From: Octopus vulgaris
Lineage: Eukaryota
DNA length: 64,000 nt
Assembly (NCBI GenBank): GCA_951406725.2
Contig: OX597828.1
Span: 52,266,001 to 52,330,000 of the forward strand
Direction: 5' to 3'
The position numbers and the translations under genes are program-made. Positions within the stretch are counted from its first letter, which is position 1. Each line of letters opens with the position of its first letter. Positions 1 to 13,445 of the stretch are shown piece by piece. The notes below the pieces were generated by a model, which was not told where the DNA came from, did no database searches, and saw only the letters and a program-made list of their open reading frames with translations.

Positions 1-70
1 ATATATTCACATATGTATGTTTATATGTCTGTCTCTCTGACTTTCTCTCTCCTTCTTTCGTTCTCTCCCG

Positions 71-112
<42 letters not shown>

Positions 113-471
113 GTGGAGGTATATATTCATACAATTATTAATGAAAGTTACATAACATGGAGTTAATAACCTTCACTTCACGTGCTAATGGATTATTATT
201 GATTTTCTGACACGGTTTCATCCAATAAGATTTAAGTGGAACACAACAGTAACCATCATCTTGATGTTGCCTTCATCAAGATACAAACAGACGTTAGATT
301 AGTAATGGCATTGTTGATGCTGTTGTTGTTGCTGCTGTTTCGTTCCAGTGCAACCTTGAATCCAAAGTGACCTAAGTTCAACAGCATTTCTACAGCCGTT
401 TACATCCCGTTCTTTTAGCTAATGCATCCATACTAATTTTACACGCGCGGAAGATTTTGCTGCTATTTCTA

Positions 472-1411
472 ATTTCTTTATAGCCCACAAAGGGCTAAAC
501 ATAGAGGGGACAAACAAGGACAGACAAAGGGATTAAGTCGATTACATCGACCCCAGTGCGTAACTGGTACTTAATTTATCGCCCCCGAAAGGACGGAAGG
601 CAAAGTCGACCTCGGCGGAATTTGAACTCAGAACGTAAAGACGGACGAAATTCCGCTAAACATTTTGTCCAGTGTGCTAACGTTTCTTATTTCTTTACTG
701 CCCAGAAGGGGCTACACACAGAGGGGACAAAAAACAAAGAGATTAAGTCGATTACATCGATCCCAGTGCGTAACTGGTACTTAATTTATCGACCCCGAAA
801 GGACAGAAGGCAAAGTCGACCTCGGCGTAATTTGAACTCAGAACGTAAAGACGGACGAAATTCCGCTAAACATTTTGTCCAGTGTGCTAACGTTTCTTAT
901 TTCTTTACTGCCCAGAAGGGGCTACACACAGAGGGGACAAAAAACAAAGAGATTAAGTCGATTACATCGATCCCAGTGCGTAACTGGTACTTAATTTATC
1001 GACCCCGAAAGGACAGAAGGCAAAGTCGACCTCGGCGTAATTTGAACTCAGAACGTAAAGACGGACGAAATTCCGCTAAACATTTTGTCCAGTGTGCTAA
1101 CGTTTCTTATTTCTTTACTGCCCAGAAGGGGCTACACACAGAGGGGACAAAAAACAAAGAGATTAAGTCGATTATATCGATCCCAGTGCGTAACTGGTAC
1201 TTAATTTATCGACCCCGAAAGGACAGAAGGCAAAGTCGACCTCGGCGGAATTTGAACTCAGAATGTAAAGACGGACGAAATACCGCTAAGCATTTCATCC
1301 GGCGTGCTAACGTTTCGACCTCGGTGGAATTTGAACTCAGAACGTAGCAGCAGACGAAATACCGCTAAGCATTTCGCCCGGTGTAATAACGTTTCTGCCC
1401 TCTCGCCGCCT
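472..1411 (-). mobile_element. Tandem array of tRNA-derived SINE (family A), 210-bp unit repeated about 3.5 times plus head
   Basis: Near-identical 210-bp units (register 556/766/976/1186). The reverse strand carries the head GGCGGCGAG...GTTCTGAGTTCAAATTCC (B-box-like) and the central GCCTTxxxTCCTTTCGGGGTCGATAAATTAAGTACCAG segment shared by many copies in the window. Confidence 0.9.
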
Positions 1412-1724
1412 TATTTTGCTGCTATTTCTAACGAATGAAGGTACCCTCTCAGTTGAAGTTGAGGTGTGAAATATTTGCAATTCAGTCAGTAAAACCTGTT
1501 CGATGTTTCCAATAGACAAATTTTTCTAGCCAGCCGGATGTGCTTTGAGGGAGATTTCGCTACTATTTTTAACATGACAAACGACCACAGATAGCGAGTT
1601 AAAGTCACAAGGATTTATCCGTTCATTTAGGCAGTGATTTAGTGGAATCCTTAAAGGGTGTTTATTTCATTTCATTTCAAATCCTGCAAGTCCCTTTGAA
1701 TTTCATCATTTCAGGTTCATGAAT

Positions 1725-2082
1725 TCTTCTTCTTCTCCTTCTTCTTTTTCTTCTTCTTCTTCTCCATCTTCTTCTTCTTCTTCTTCTTCTTCTTCTTCTT
1801 CTTCTTCTTCTTCTTCTTCTTCTTCTTCTTCTTCTTCTTCTTCTTCTTTTCCTTCTTCTTCTTCTCCTTCTTCTTCTACTTCTTCTCCTTCTTCTTATTT
1901 TCCTTCTTCTTCTTCTTCTTCTTCTTCTTCTTCTTCTTCTTCTTCTTCTTCTTCCTTCTTCTTTTCCATCTTCTTCTTTTCCATCTTCTTCTTTTCCTTC
2001 TTCTTCTTTTCCTTCTTCTTCTTCTTCTTCTTCTTCTTCTTCTTCTTCTTCTTCTCTTCTTCTTCTTCTTCTTCTTCTTTTT
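1725..2082. repeat. (CTT)n microsatellite
   Basis: Directly visible trinucleotide run; explains the poly-S/F/E/K ORFs. Confidence 0.98.
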
Positions 2083-2089
2083 CCAAGAC

Positions 2090-2233
2090 ATGGTAAGACA
2101 TAGACTCATTATCACACTTGAGAGAAGAAAAACGTCGTCGGAGCTCTGTGCAGACTTCAGCGAGGCAAGTGCTTCACAAATATCAACCAGGACTGTTAGA
2201 AGAAGGCTTATAGAGCACTGCCTGAAAGGCTGT
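2090..2233 (+). pseudogene. Tc1-family transposase fragment (second HTH region)
   Basis: Translates to RRKTSSELCADFSEASASQISTRTVRRRLIEHCLKGC, matching the Tc1 S..TVRRRL...GL.G motif. Isolated between two microsatellites, no TIRs seen. Confidence 0.75.
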
Positions 2234-2244
2234 ATACACACACA

Positions 2245-2344
<100 letters not shown>

Positions 2345-2394
2345 TACACATACATATACACACATACATATATTTCTTTCTATACACACACACA

Positions 2395-2552
2395 CGACAG
2401 GCTTCTTTCAGTGTCCGTCTACCAAATCCATCTTAAGGGTTTCGTCGGCTAGATGCAATAGTAGAAGATACTTGCCCGAGATGCCACGCAGTGGGACTGA
2501 ACCCGGAATCATGTGGTCGGGAAGTAAGCTTCTTACCACACAACCATACCTG
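2395..2552 (-). mobile_element. SINE family B, 5' half
   Basis: Reverse complement of the family B head (...GTGTGGTAAGAAGCTT...CCGGGTTCAGTCCCACTGCGTGGCA...GGGCAAGT). Confidence 0.85.
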
Positions 2553-2765
2553 CTATTTCGTCCATCGTTACATTCTATGTTGAAACACAGCCGGGGTCGA
2601 CTGCTTTTCACCCTTATATCTGAAACCACGCGCACTTAAATATCCATTAAAATTATACAAGGACGTCTTTATTAATTTTCTGATTGCGTTTCTCTCACAG
2701 CAATGTTGATGGAGAAACTTTGCTTATACTTTCTACCAACAAGCATACAAACACACAACACACGA

Positions 2766-2884
<119 letters not shown>

Positions 2885-3129
2885 CAAACGCATACACACA
2901 CACACAAAAAAAAAAACATGTTCAAATACCAACATTTTATTCGCACGGAATTTCATTTTTATCTACGTATATTTTTTTTTCCTTTCTGGATTATTACATG
3001 CTGTTTCTTTCCCTATGTATGCATGTTTGTGTGTATGTGTGTATGTGTGTGTGTATGTGTGTGTGTAGATGTGTATAGTCACATGAATACAAAATGCCCT
3101 TAAAATACGAAGAGTATTTATAGTCACCC

Positions 3130-3165
<36 letters not shown>

Positions 3166-3171
3166 ACTCTC

Positions 3172-3203
<32 letters not shown>

Positions 3204-3571
3204 TATATATACACATATGTATGTATACACACACTCACACAAGCTGCCTCTCTGTCTAACTGTCAGTCTGCCTGTTGATCTGTGTATCAATATATGATGC
3301 TTCCGAGCTCAAAGATGTCTGCGTCTATATGTGTATGCATGCATGGTTCTTAATCTTTGTGTATGTTTGATTGAATGTATGTGTGTGTGTGTGTGTGTAC
3401 ATAATACACACACACACACACATACACATATATATGTAACCTTACGTGCATGTAGGTAGATAGATAGATTGATAGGCATATGGAGGAAAAGATAATAGAT
3501 ATACAGTTGGATAGAGAGAGAAATGTTGATAGATAGATAGATAGATAGATGGATGGATAGATAGATGGATG

Positions 3572-3647
<76 letters not shown>

Positions 3648-3648
3648 T

Positions 3649-3720
<72 letters not shown>

Positions 3721-4045
3721 GTAGATAGATAGATACTAGAGCGGATCTAGCCCTTTTCTTTTTTTTTTCTTTATGGCACTGTGTATACGCAAATCTAAAG
3801 AGATATTTGCACGATACAAACAAATTAAGCGACAATCCGACACGAATTTCTGTCATCCGTCTTCATTGGTGATGTCAACGTAATGCCGACGACAGCCAGG
3901 AAGTCAGGAGAACACATTGCTCTACATACATTATGACTTCCGGCCAATGACAAAAGCCAACTTGCAGCAAGATCCAGCGAAACTGTACTCACTAATTAAG
4001 CAATGTTGATATTTCACATGTAACATTTTTATTTAGTTATCTATC

Positions 4046-4136
<91 letters not shown>

Positions 4137-4146
4137 CATTATTATT

Positions 4147-4346
4147 GCAGTGAGCTGGTTGATTCGTTAGCAGTGGGAAATGCTTTACAGCCAATCTTCA
4201 CGTTCTTAGTTCAAATTCCGCCGAGGTCGACTTTGCTTTCAATCCTTTTGGAGACGATGAAATAAGTACCAGCTGAGCACTGGGGACGATGTAATCGACT
4301 TACACGAACCCCGAAATTGTTTTACTTGTGCCAAAATTTGAAGTCA
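4147..4346 (+). mobile_element. SINE family A, decayed
   Basis: GTTCAAATTCCGCCGAGGTCGACTTTGC...AAATAAGTACCAG. Confidence 0.85.
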
Positions 4347-4353
4347 TAATTAT

Positions 4354-4577
4354 TGAATGAGAGAGCAGTTCATGCCATCAAAGTGACACTGGGGTACAAA
4401 TATATGAAATCCAGTATACCCATCATGACTACCCGTCTGATGTGGGTACACTAGGCACATGCATCACAACCACATGTGTGCGACTTGATATGATCTCATA
4501 TCAAGATAAACAGCTCATGACCTCGCAGGTGGGGCCCAGTTAGAATCTTCTTCTGGTCCAGTAACCCATCCCACTGA

Positions 4578-4578
<1 letters not shown>
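4354..4578. mobile_element. Family C interspersed element, truncated copy
   Basis: Matches the first ~220 bp of the copies at 13446 and 45407. Confidence 0.85.
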
Positions 4579-4644
<66 letters not shown>

Positions 4645-4685
4645 CATATATACATGCATACATGCATGCATACATACATACAAGC

Positions 4686-4730
<45 letters not shown>

Positions 4731-5143
4731 ACTTATATGCATACACAACAAAAATCCTGTAGTTAATAGAAAATTATTCTAGAAAGTATGATCCGGTGCT
4801 ACGCCTTTCCTTCTGCTTTTCTTCGACATTCTTTTAAGAGGGAGATAGAGATAGAGATAGAGGGGGGAGAGAGGGGGAGAGAGAGAGGGAGAGAGAAAGG
4901 GAGACAGAGAGACAAAAGGGAAAGAGATAGGAAGGGAAGGACGAAAGCATGGTTTCAGCTTGCACCATAGTTCGTTGCACCCTACAATCTTCCTCACCAA
5001 ATCTGATGACCGACCACAAAACAATAGCCTTTAACACTCTAGATGTAACTCTTTTGAGACGGCTCTATTAGCAAAGAACACGAATTCAGGATTATCCCCC
5101 GCTGCCATTTCTCTGAAAGTATCACACCCACCGCTCTATGCCG

Positions 5144-5193
5144 TTTCTTCTTCTTCTTCTTCTTCTTCTTCTTCTTCTTCTTCTTCTTCTTCT

Positions 5194-5228
<35 letters not shown>

Positions 5229-5443
5229 TCCTTCTTCTTCTTCTTCTTCTTCTTCTTCTCCTTCTTCTTCTTCTTCTTCTTCTCCTTCTTCTTCTTCTTC
5301 TTCTTCTTCTTCTTCTTCTCCTTCTTCTTCTTCTTCTTCTTCTTCTTCTCCTTCTTCTTCTTCTTCTTCTTCTTCTTCTTCTTCTTCTTCTTCTTCTTCT
5401 TCTTCTTCTTCTTCTTCTTCTTCTTCTTCTTCTTCTTCTTCTT
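5144..5443. repeat. (CTT)n microsatellite, followed by (CTAT)n at about 5553-5740
   Basis: Directly visible. Confidence 0.98.
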
Positions 5444-5552
5444 GCTGCTGTTGTGGTTGTTATTGTTGTTTTATTATTGTCTATTTTTTATTTCTGTTCC
5501 TTCTCGTTCTTTAAAGCCCCTGCATTTCCTAAACTTTCTCTCACTTTCTCCC

Positions 5553-5680
<128 letters not shown>

Positions 5681-5681
5681 C

Positions 5682-5741
<60 letters not shown>

Positions 5742-5960
5742 GTATCTGTCTAACCTTTTTCACTTCTTTACGCCTACAATTGTCTGCTTTCTCCCAAGTT
5801 CCCTATTTCAACCTTCCTGCAACCCTGCTCTCCAAATCCAGCATTATACCATTTCCCGTCAACCCCTGTGGTTCCTCGAATCATATTTAAACTCTGCATG
5901 TCTCAATTATTTTCCCGCCCTTCCACTATTCACCTTGTTTTCTTTCTTCCTTTCCTTTTT

Positions 5961-6003
<43 letters not shown>

Positions 6004-6155
6004 ATATGACTTTCTGACACTGCCCTCTTCCATATCTGTAACAACTCAGTTTCCCGTAAAAATAAGCAGCAATTTATGCGTGTATATGTGTGTGTATATT
6101 TATCTATGTATGTATGTATGTATGTATGTATGTATATATATATATATACATACAT

Positions 6156-6189
<34 letters not shown>

Positions 6190-6201
6190 GTATGTATGTA
6201 C

Positions 6202-6247
<46 letters not shown>

Positions 6248-6331
6248 ATATATATACATACATATCTATATTTATACGTACACGCATTAATATCTATATA
6301 TGTATTTATATATATGTGTGTGTGAATGTAT

Positions 6332-6426
<95 letters not shown>

Positions 6427-6452
6427 CAGACAGACAGATAGATAGATAGATA

Positions 6453-7732
6453 TCAGGTTATCTCATAAGTTCTGTCCGATTTTACATTTTTAAAAATTGA
6501 ATGAAATTTAATAGTAATTTAGAATGTCTAAGGAAATTAAAAATTACTTTTATGCATTTGTGTACATTTAAACTAATTAAACATTATCTTACAGAATAAT
6601 AGAATTAAAATTTCTTTGATTAAAACCTTTTCTAACATGGAAGTATCTAAAGAGCATTTGAGGCTCATAATGCTTTATGAGTACAAAAAATGTAACTCTG
6701 CAGCCAAAGTGACTTGAAACATACACTCAGTTTATGGGAAAGAATGCTTGAATGAAAGAACTTGCAGAAGATGGTTTGCAAAATTCAGAAGTGGAGATTT
6801 CGGCCTTGAAGATGAAGATAGAACAGGACGTCCAGTTGAGTTTGATTATAAGTTCCTTGAGGCATTACTTGAAGAAAACCCTGCACTATTAGTTAGAAGA
6901 ATTGGCAATAAAGCTTAGTTCAAACAATACAACTGTTCATCGTTATCTTCAACAATTTGGAAAGGTTCCTAAACTTGGAAAATGAGCGCTTCATGAATTG
7001 TCAGAAAGCAAAAGCAAATCTCGAGTTGACATCTGCTCTTCTCTCCATTCTCGCAAACTCATTTCACCCTTTTTGGCTAGACTTGTGACTGGTGACTAAA
7101 AATGGAACTACTATCGAAATGTTAAACGTCGTAAACAGTGGCTTGGTAAAAAGAAAAAGCTCAACCACAACCGAGAAGGGAACTTCATGGGGAAAAGGTT
7201 CTTCTCTCTATCTGGTGGAATTGCAAAGGAGTAATTCACTTTGAATTGTTACCACCTAATGCAATAATCAATGCTCAAGTCTACTGTCAGCATTTAGAGC
7301 GTTTGAACCAAGCTTTGAAGAAAAAAGACCCGCTTTAGTGTATCGAAAATGTTTCATCAGGACAATACGTGACCCCACACTGCAAAGATCACATCACAGA
7401 AGATCGAAGAGCTTGGTTGGGAAAATAATTCCTCATCTATCATATTCTCCCGACCTTGCTCCTGCAGACTACAATTTGTTTCGTAGTTTACAGAATCATT
7501 TCGGGGACATAACTTTCGCAAGCCAGGAGGAGGTCGAAACTGACATTTTAGAGTTCTTTGCTTTGAAACGAAAAGAGTTTTACATTGATGGGATTCAAAA
7601 GCTTGTAAATAAATGGAATGAGGTCATAGATAATCAGGGAAAGAACATTGATGATTAAATTTCAATTAAATATAACATTTGATCACTTGTTTCTTTATTC
7701 AAAATTCGAACAGAACTTATGGGATGATCTGA
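6453..7732 (+). mobile_element. Full-length mariner (DD34D) DNA transposon, decayed
   Basis: Imperfect ~27-bp TIRs (TCAGGTTATCTCATAAGTTCTGTCCGA / TCGAACAGAACTTATGGGATGATCTGA), TA on both flanks (6451-52, 7733-34), 1280-bp length typical of mariner. Confidence 0.95.
6637..7658 (+). pseudogene. Mariner transposase pseudogene
   Basis: Starts MEVSKEHLRLIMLYEYKK; contains RRWFAKFRSGDFGLEDEDRTGRP, degenerate WVPHEL (*ALHEL), VTGD*KW and YSPDLAPADY. Several in-frame stops and frameshifts. Confidence 0.95.
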
Positions 7733-8112
7733 TAGCTTTGAAGACGAATCGGTAAATAAAAAGGAAGGTAGGGAGAGAGTGAGAGAGAGAGAGAGAGAGA
7801 GAGGGAAAGAGATGAGGAGAAAGAGGGGAGGGGAGAGAGGGAGAGCGAGAGAGAAAGAGATTCTCACTTAAGCATACATTACACTAATATTACCTCTGAA
7901 TAATTCTCTCTCTTTCTTATTTACTCTCTCTCTCTCACTGTCTCTGTCTTTCTCACTCTCCCTCTTTTCACTCTTTTCTCTTTCTTTCTCCCTCCCTCTC
8001 TATATTTGCCTCTTTCTTTCTCCCTCCCTCTCTATATTTGCCTCTCTCTCTCTATTTCTCTTTCCCTCTCATCTCTCCTCTGTTTATTGAAATAATACAA
8101 AAATATTGAGAT

Positions 8113-8305
8113 TGTGTTTGTCCCCCACCTCTATCGCTTGACAACGGGCGTTTGTTTTTACGTCCTCGTAATCCAGCGGTTCGTCAAAAAGTTCGATGCT
8201 TAAAAAAATTTTTTAAATACTGGAATCGATTCATTCCAATGCAAATTCGTCAAGGTGTTGTTCCAGCATGGCCGCAGTCTGATGACTGAAACCAGCAAAA
8301 TAAAA
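8113..8305 (+). mobile_element. SINE family B, 3' half, decayed
   Basis: ATCGCTTGACAAC...CCAGCATGGCCGCAGTC. Confidence 0.75.
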
Positions 8306-8439
8306 AATGGTCCTTACTGTGTTTTCTTTGTTGTTGATGTTATTTAACCCCTAATCTGGTCTGACCAATATAATATTTTATGATCAAATGCTTTTTTAAC
8401 CAAAAACCTATGTTTTAGTAAATTGCAAGTAGTACATTA

Positions 8440-8830
8440 TTATCCCCGCCTTTGCAGAGGCGAGGGGTATTGTTTTTCAGTCGTGTTTGTTTGTTTATTT
8501 GTTTGTCCGTAGACAAGGTATCTTAACAACCGCTAGATGGATTCGGATGAAACTTTCAGGATGAAAATTTCAGGGATGTTTGGCCTCGAGACTGGCACGA
8601 GCTGCTTGAATTTTTGGATCAACCCGGTACCGGACAAGGATTCTGGCTCGTTTTACCTACTTATTTTACTTTATTTTTGAGAGCGGTCGTGTTCATTTTT
8701 AGTATTCCCGTTTGTGAGAGCAGTCGAGTTTATTTCACATATTCTCATTTTAAAAATCATCTCCGGCTAATCGTTGAGAGGACGTTGGTGTTTCCTTGTC
8801 GGAGGTTTGCACTCTCTGAATGCTCTTGTT
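8440..8830 (+). mobile_element. Non-autonomous Helentron-type (HINE/DINE-1-like) element
   Basis: 5' TTATCCCCGCC...GGCGAGGGGTAT subterminal inverted repeat, internal (GTTT)n, 3' CGGAGGTTTGCACTCTCTGAATGCTCTTGTT end in T-rich context. Confidence 0.7.
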
Positions 8831-9878
8831 TAATATCAGTTTATATCAAAGGCGGTGAGCTGGCAGAATCGTTAACAGCCCGGGAAAAATTATTAGAGTC
8901 ATTTCGTCTGCCTTTACATTCTGAGTTCAAACTACACCGGGGTAAACTTTGCCTGTTATCCTTCCGGGGTCGATACACTAACGTATATATATACAAACAT
9001 ACACACAGAAACACTTGCGCGCGGGTGTATAAACGGCTGCGTGAATGAATTAACAAAACATCCTCAGTATAATCCACATCATCATCATCATCTTCTTCTT
9101 CTTCTTCTTCACCATCGTCATCATCATGATCAACACCATCATCATCATCATTATCATCTTCTTCTTCTTCTTCTTCTTCTTCTTCTTCTTCTTCTTCTTC
9201 TTCTTCTTCTTCTTCTTCTTCTTCTTCATCATCATCGTCATCATGATCAACACCATCATCATCATCATCATCATCGTCGTCGTCGTCGTCATCGTCATCA
9301 TCTTCTTCATCATCATCATCATCATCAACATCATAATAATCATCATCATCATCATCATCATCGTCATCATCGTCATCATCCGCAGCGGCAACAGCAGCAG
9401 CAGCACAACTTAAAAAGGCGATGGTAATGGTGATTGATGATCGGCGTGTAGACAACGATGGTGCTGACGCTCTGAAAGGTGATGCTGTTGTTGACGATGA
9501 TTAGAAATATGATGATGATCATCATCATCAACGCCAGTCATATCATCATCATCATCATCATCATCGTCGTCGTCGTCATCGTCATCGTCATCATCATAAT
9601 GAACAAGGGCAGTAGAAACAGCAGCATCATCGCCATCATTATCAAAACAGTCATCAGGCTGTTTTCATCGTGATTATTGTTGTCATTAGCATTAATGCTA
9701 TGTTTATTTGCTTGTTATTATCCGGACATAGTTTATCCGTAAATACACACACACACGTATCTTACTCTCTTTTTTATATATATATATATATATATACATA
9801 CATACATATATATATCTATCTGTGTATATATATATATATATATATATAAATATATATATATATTTGTATGTATTCATA

Positions 9879-9925
<47 letters not shown>

Positions 9926-9938
9926 ATGTATGTATATG

Positions 9939-10001
<63 letters not shown>

Positions 10002-10063
10002 GTACATACATACATATATGCGTGTGCTTGTATGTATATGTACATATGTTTACATGTGAGTCT

Positions 10064-10100
<37 letters not shown>

Positions 10101-10381
10101 TTTTTGTATTCGTATATATATGTGCATGAAGGTATACACACACTTAAACACACTTACACACACACACACACACTCACTCACACACACATACACACACGCA
10201 CACATATTCATGTATAAACAAACACACACTCATCCATATATGCAAATGCTGCATGGTTCCTTTGCAATTCGACTGGATGGTCGGTTGGCTCATTGGATGC
10301 TTGGCTGGTTGGTCGGGTGGCTGGTTTGGTTTGACTCGGTTCGAGGCGGTGGTTTGGTCGGTGATTCTGCGATAAGTTAGA

Positions 10382-10471
10382 GCGAGAGTGTCTTTCAGCC
10401 TGTTTCCGGTGCTAATGCCCACTGCCGGACAGTATGGCTGCCATCGGAAATAGATAGTCATGACATCTCGC
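10382..10471 (+). other. Extended imperfect RNA hairpin in unique sequence
   Basis: CTGTTTCCGGTG (10400-10411) pairs with CATCGGAAATAG (10442-10453) with two G-U. Outer stem GCGAGA-TGTC/GACA-TCTCGC; apical ACTG-ccgga-CAGT. Confidence 0.6.
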
Positions 10472-10690
10472 CATGGTGAAGAACGATCGAGAAGCATTGG
10501 CCGGAAGTTCAGCGTAAAAAAAAATGTAGAATCTATGGACGACCGGAAGTCGTTTTCAGTGTCTTGTCGTGTGGAACCTAACCGAAATTTATACGCAATA
10601 GCGATACGAAGATTACACAGTTGTGAGTGTATGTATGAGCATACACGCATCTCCCTCTCTTATCTCCCCCTCTTTCTTTCTTTTCTCTCC

Positions 10691-10739
<49 letters not shown>

Positions 10740-11384
10740 TGTGTGTGTATATGTGTGTTTATGCGTGTATTTGTGTGTATATATATTTATGTATGTACAT
10801 ATATATGTATGTATGTATGTTTACAGATATATATATATACACATGAATAGTTTGTGTACTTGCATGTATTATGTACATATATATATGTATTTTCTATTTT
10901 CTTTTTGTGACATATTTCTATTATATATATGTATTATATATATATATATGTATTATATATATATATATATACATATATACACATACATACATACATATAC
11001 ATACATACATACATACATACATATACATACATACATACATACATACATACATACATACATACATACATGCATACATACATACATACATACATACATACAT
11101 ACATACATACATGCATACATACATACATGCATGCATGCATGCATATTTGGCGAAGGATAGAAAGAGAGGAATGGTGAGAGCGAAGGCGATGTTAATGGAG
11201 TTATAGAGAGGGCATTAAAGAGTAGGAGACAGGGAAATGGTATTGAAGTGAGGGAATATGGTGAAAAAAAAAGGGTTGTCTGAGTGTAGGCGCTGGTGTG
11301 ATTGTTAGTGCGTGGCGGAAACAAGTATGGTAATGATGCAGCTGTGTGTAGAAATATATGTGTGATGCTGTGGTAACGCATGTA

Positions 11385-11449
<65 letters not shown>

Positions 11450-11815
11450 TGTAAATGATGTATCACTGGTCTAAGTTGTGTTTGTGTATATGATTTTCTG
11501 AGCGCTGTTTGTGTTGGTGTTGGTGTTGCTGGTGGTGTTTGTGTTGATGGTTTAGGTGCATGAGTGGCGTTGTTGTTGTTGTTGTTATTGCTGTGTTGAT
11601 TGTGATGTATGGATATATGGTGAATGATGTGCTGGATGGTGCTATCTGTATATTATATTTATAAGCGTGGTGTTAGTGGCGTTGGTGTTTGTATGACTTT
11701 GTGGTAAGTGTTTCGGTGGCTGGTGTTCCGACCCGTGTTGAGGTGGCAGTTGTAGTAGGAGCCAGTGGAAGATTAGCCATCACTACTTTTATTAAGGTAG
11801 CGTATATCAGGCCTT

Positions 11816-12050
11816 TCATCATCATCATTGTTCGACCGTGGTCGAGACAATGGAATTTACCATGCTACGCCAGACTTCACGGTCCATCATGGCATTACGG
11901 AGGTCCTATTGCTGGATGCCTGTATCCCTGGAGATTACATCAGGGTAGGAGAGTGTGCGCCCTCTGGTATTGCTAGTAGATGGCTTCCAGAGGAGAAGAG
12001 TAGAAATTACCTCTTTTTCAGCTCTACAACAGGCCTGTACTAAATGGCTT
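11816..12050 (-). mobile_element. 5'-truncated RTE-like LINE 3' end
   Basis: Minus strand reads RAEKEVISTLLLWKPSTSNTRGRTLSYPDVISRDTGIQQ*DLRNAMMDREVWRSMVNSIVSTTVEQ* followed by a (TGA)n tail, like RTE ORF C-termini. Confidence 0.8.
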
Positions 12051-12345
12051 TCCTCTACAACAGGCCTGTACTAAATGGCTTTCCTGTAGTGACCCTCATG
12101 TATTTTACCAAACAGTGTAAGAAGGACTATATCATCTAATGAACAGATTTTTAACAAAAAGGTGAAGTGATAATTTGCTACTATTTCTAGCATGTCACGT
12201 GATGTATAAGTACTTATGTCGATGCTAATGGCTGATTAGTGTTAAATTGCTATGTAGTATTCATGGTTGTAGCTGTGATGATGGTAGGTGAGATCGAAAT
12301 TTTGGTGAAGGTGGTAGTGATGCTGTTGGCGGGGGTGAGGGCAGA

Positions 12346-12419
<74 letters not shown>

Positions 12420-12500
12420 CAGTAGTAGTGGTGGTGGTGGCTACAGTATTAATATGCGTTTATACATATATAAATATAAATGTTTATACATGTATATATG

Positions 12501-12640
12501 TACAGGAGTGGCTGTGTGGTAAGTAGCTTGCTTACCAACCACATGGTGGCATCTTGGGCAAGTGTCTTCTGCTATAGCCTCGGACCGACCAATGCCTTGT
12601 GAGTGGATTTGGTAGGCGGAAACTGAAAGAAGCCTGTCGT
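12501..12640 (+). mobile_element. SINE family B head, internally deleted
   Basis: CAGGAGTGGCTGTGTGGTAAGTAGCTTGCTTACCAACCACATGG...GAAACTGAAAGAAGCC. Confidence 0.85.
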
Positions 12641-13009
12641 ATATATGTATATATTTATATATATATGTGTGTGTGTGTGTGTTTGTATATATATATATAT
12701 GTGTGTGTATATATATCTTTACTATATATATATATATATATATATTCCATTACGAGCCTTTGCATCCCCTTGATAACATGCCTGTTGCATGCACGAATGG
12801 ATCTGGTCTCAGAAACGTTAAAGCGTCGCACAAACTGCCTTACGATTTTCTTGTTTTTTTTTTTAAAACTTTTTACTTGCTGAATGCAACTATCTCCGAG
12901 GTTCGATTTGTCTTCCCACCGTTCGAGATGAGGTACCAATTTTAATCGATTAACCCCCACCATTCAGAATTACTGGCTTTGTGCCTAAATATCCGAAATC
13001 ATAAGAGCT

Positions 13010-13405
13010 TTAGATTGGTAGAAAAAGCGTTGAGTACATGCCTTGAAATATTTCTTCCGGATCTTTACGTTCAAATACTGCTGAGTTCAACTTAGCTTTA
13101 CATCCAACCAGGGTCGATTAAATAAAGTACAGTTCAAGTACTAGAATTGATGGAATCTATTAACACTTTTCCTAAAATTGATGACTTTATGCTAAAATAT
13201 AAAACGAGGTGGCCGTGCTGGTAGAGTCGTTAGCACGACCAGCGAAATCTCTTCCCGCTTTACGTTCTCAGTTCAAATTTCGACGACGTCGTCTACACCA
13301 TTCTTCATTTGGGGTTGATAAAATAAGTAGCAGTTGAGTACTGGGGGCAATCTGATTGACTATGCCCCTCCTTCAAATTTCGAGCCTTGTGACTTTAGTA
13401 GAAAA
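13010..13405 (+). mobile_element. Two decayed SINE family A copies in tandem
   Basis: Degenerate GTTCAAAT...GGTCGAT.AAATAAGTA motifs occur twice. Confidence 0.65.
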
Positions 13406-13406
13406 G

Positions 13407-13445
<39 letters not shown>

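Noticed and set aside
258-282. ATCTTGATG/CATCAAGAT 9-bp hairpin
   Set aside because: Short and AT-rich; expected by chance in 64 kb.
556-1347. 263-aa ORF with three 70-aa repeats
   Set aside because: Antisense translation of the tandem SINE A array; the same peptide recurs at other SINE copies.
10382-10475. Assigning the hairpin exon to a named ion-channel or RNA-binding-protein gene
   Set aside because: None of the reading frames matches a protein I recognise, so no gene symbol is justified.
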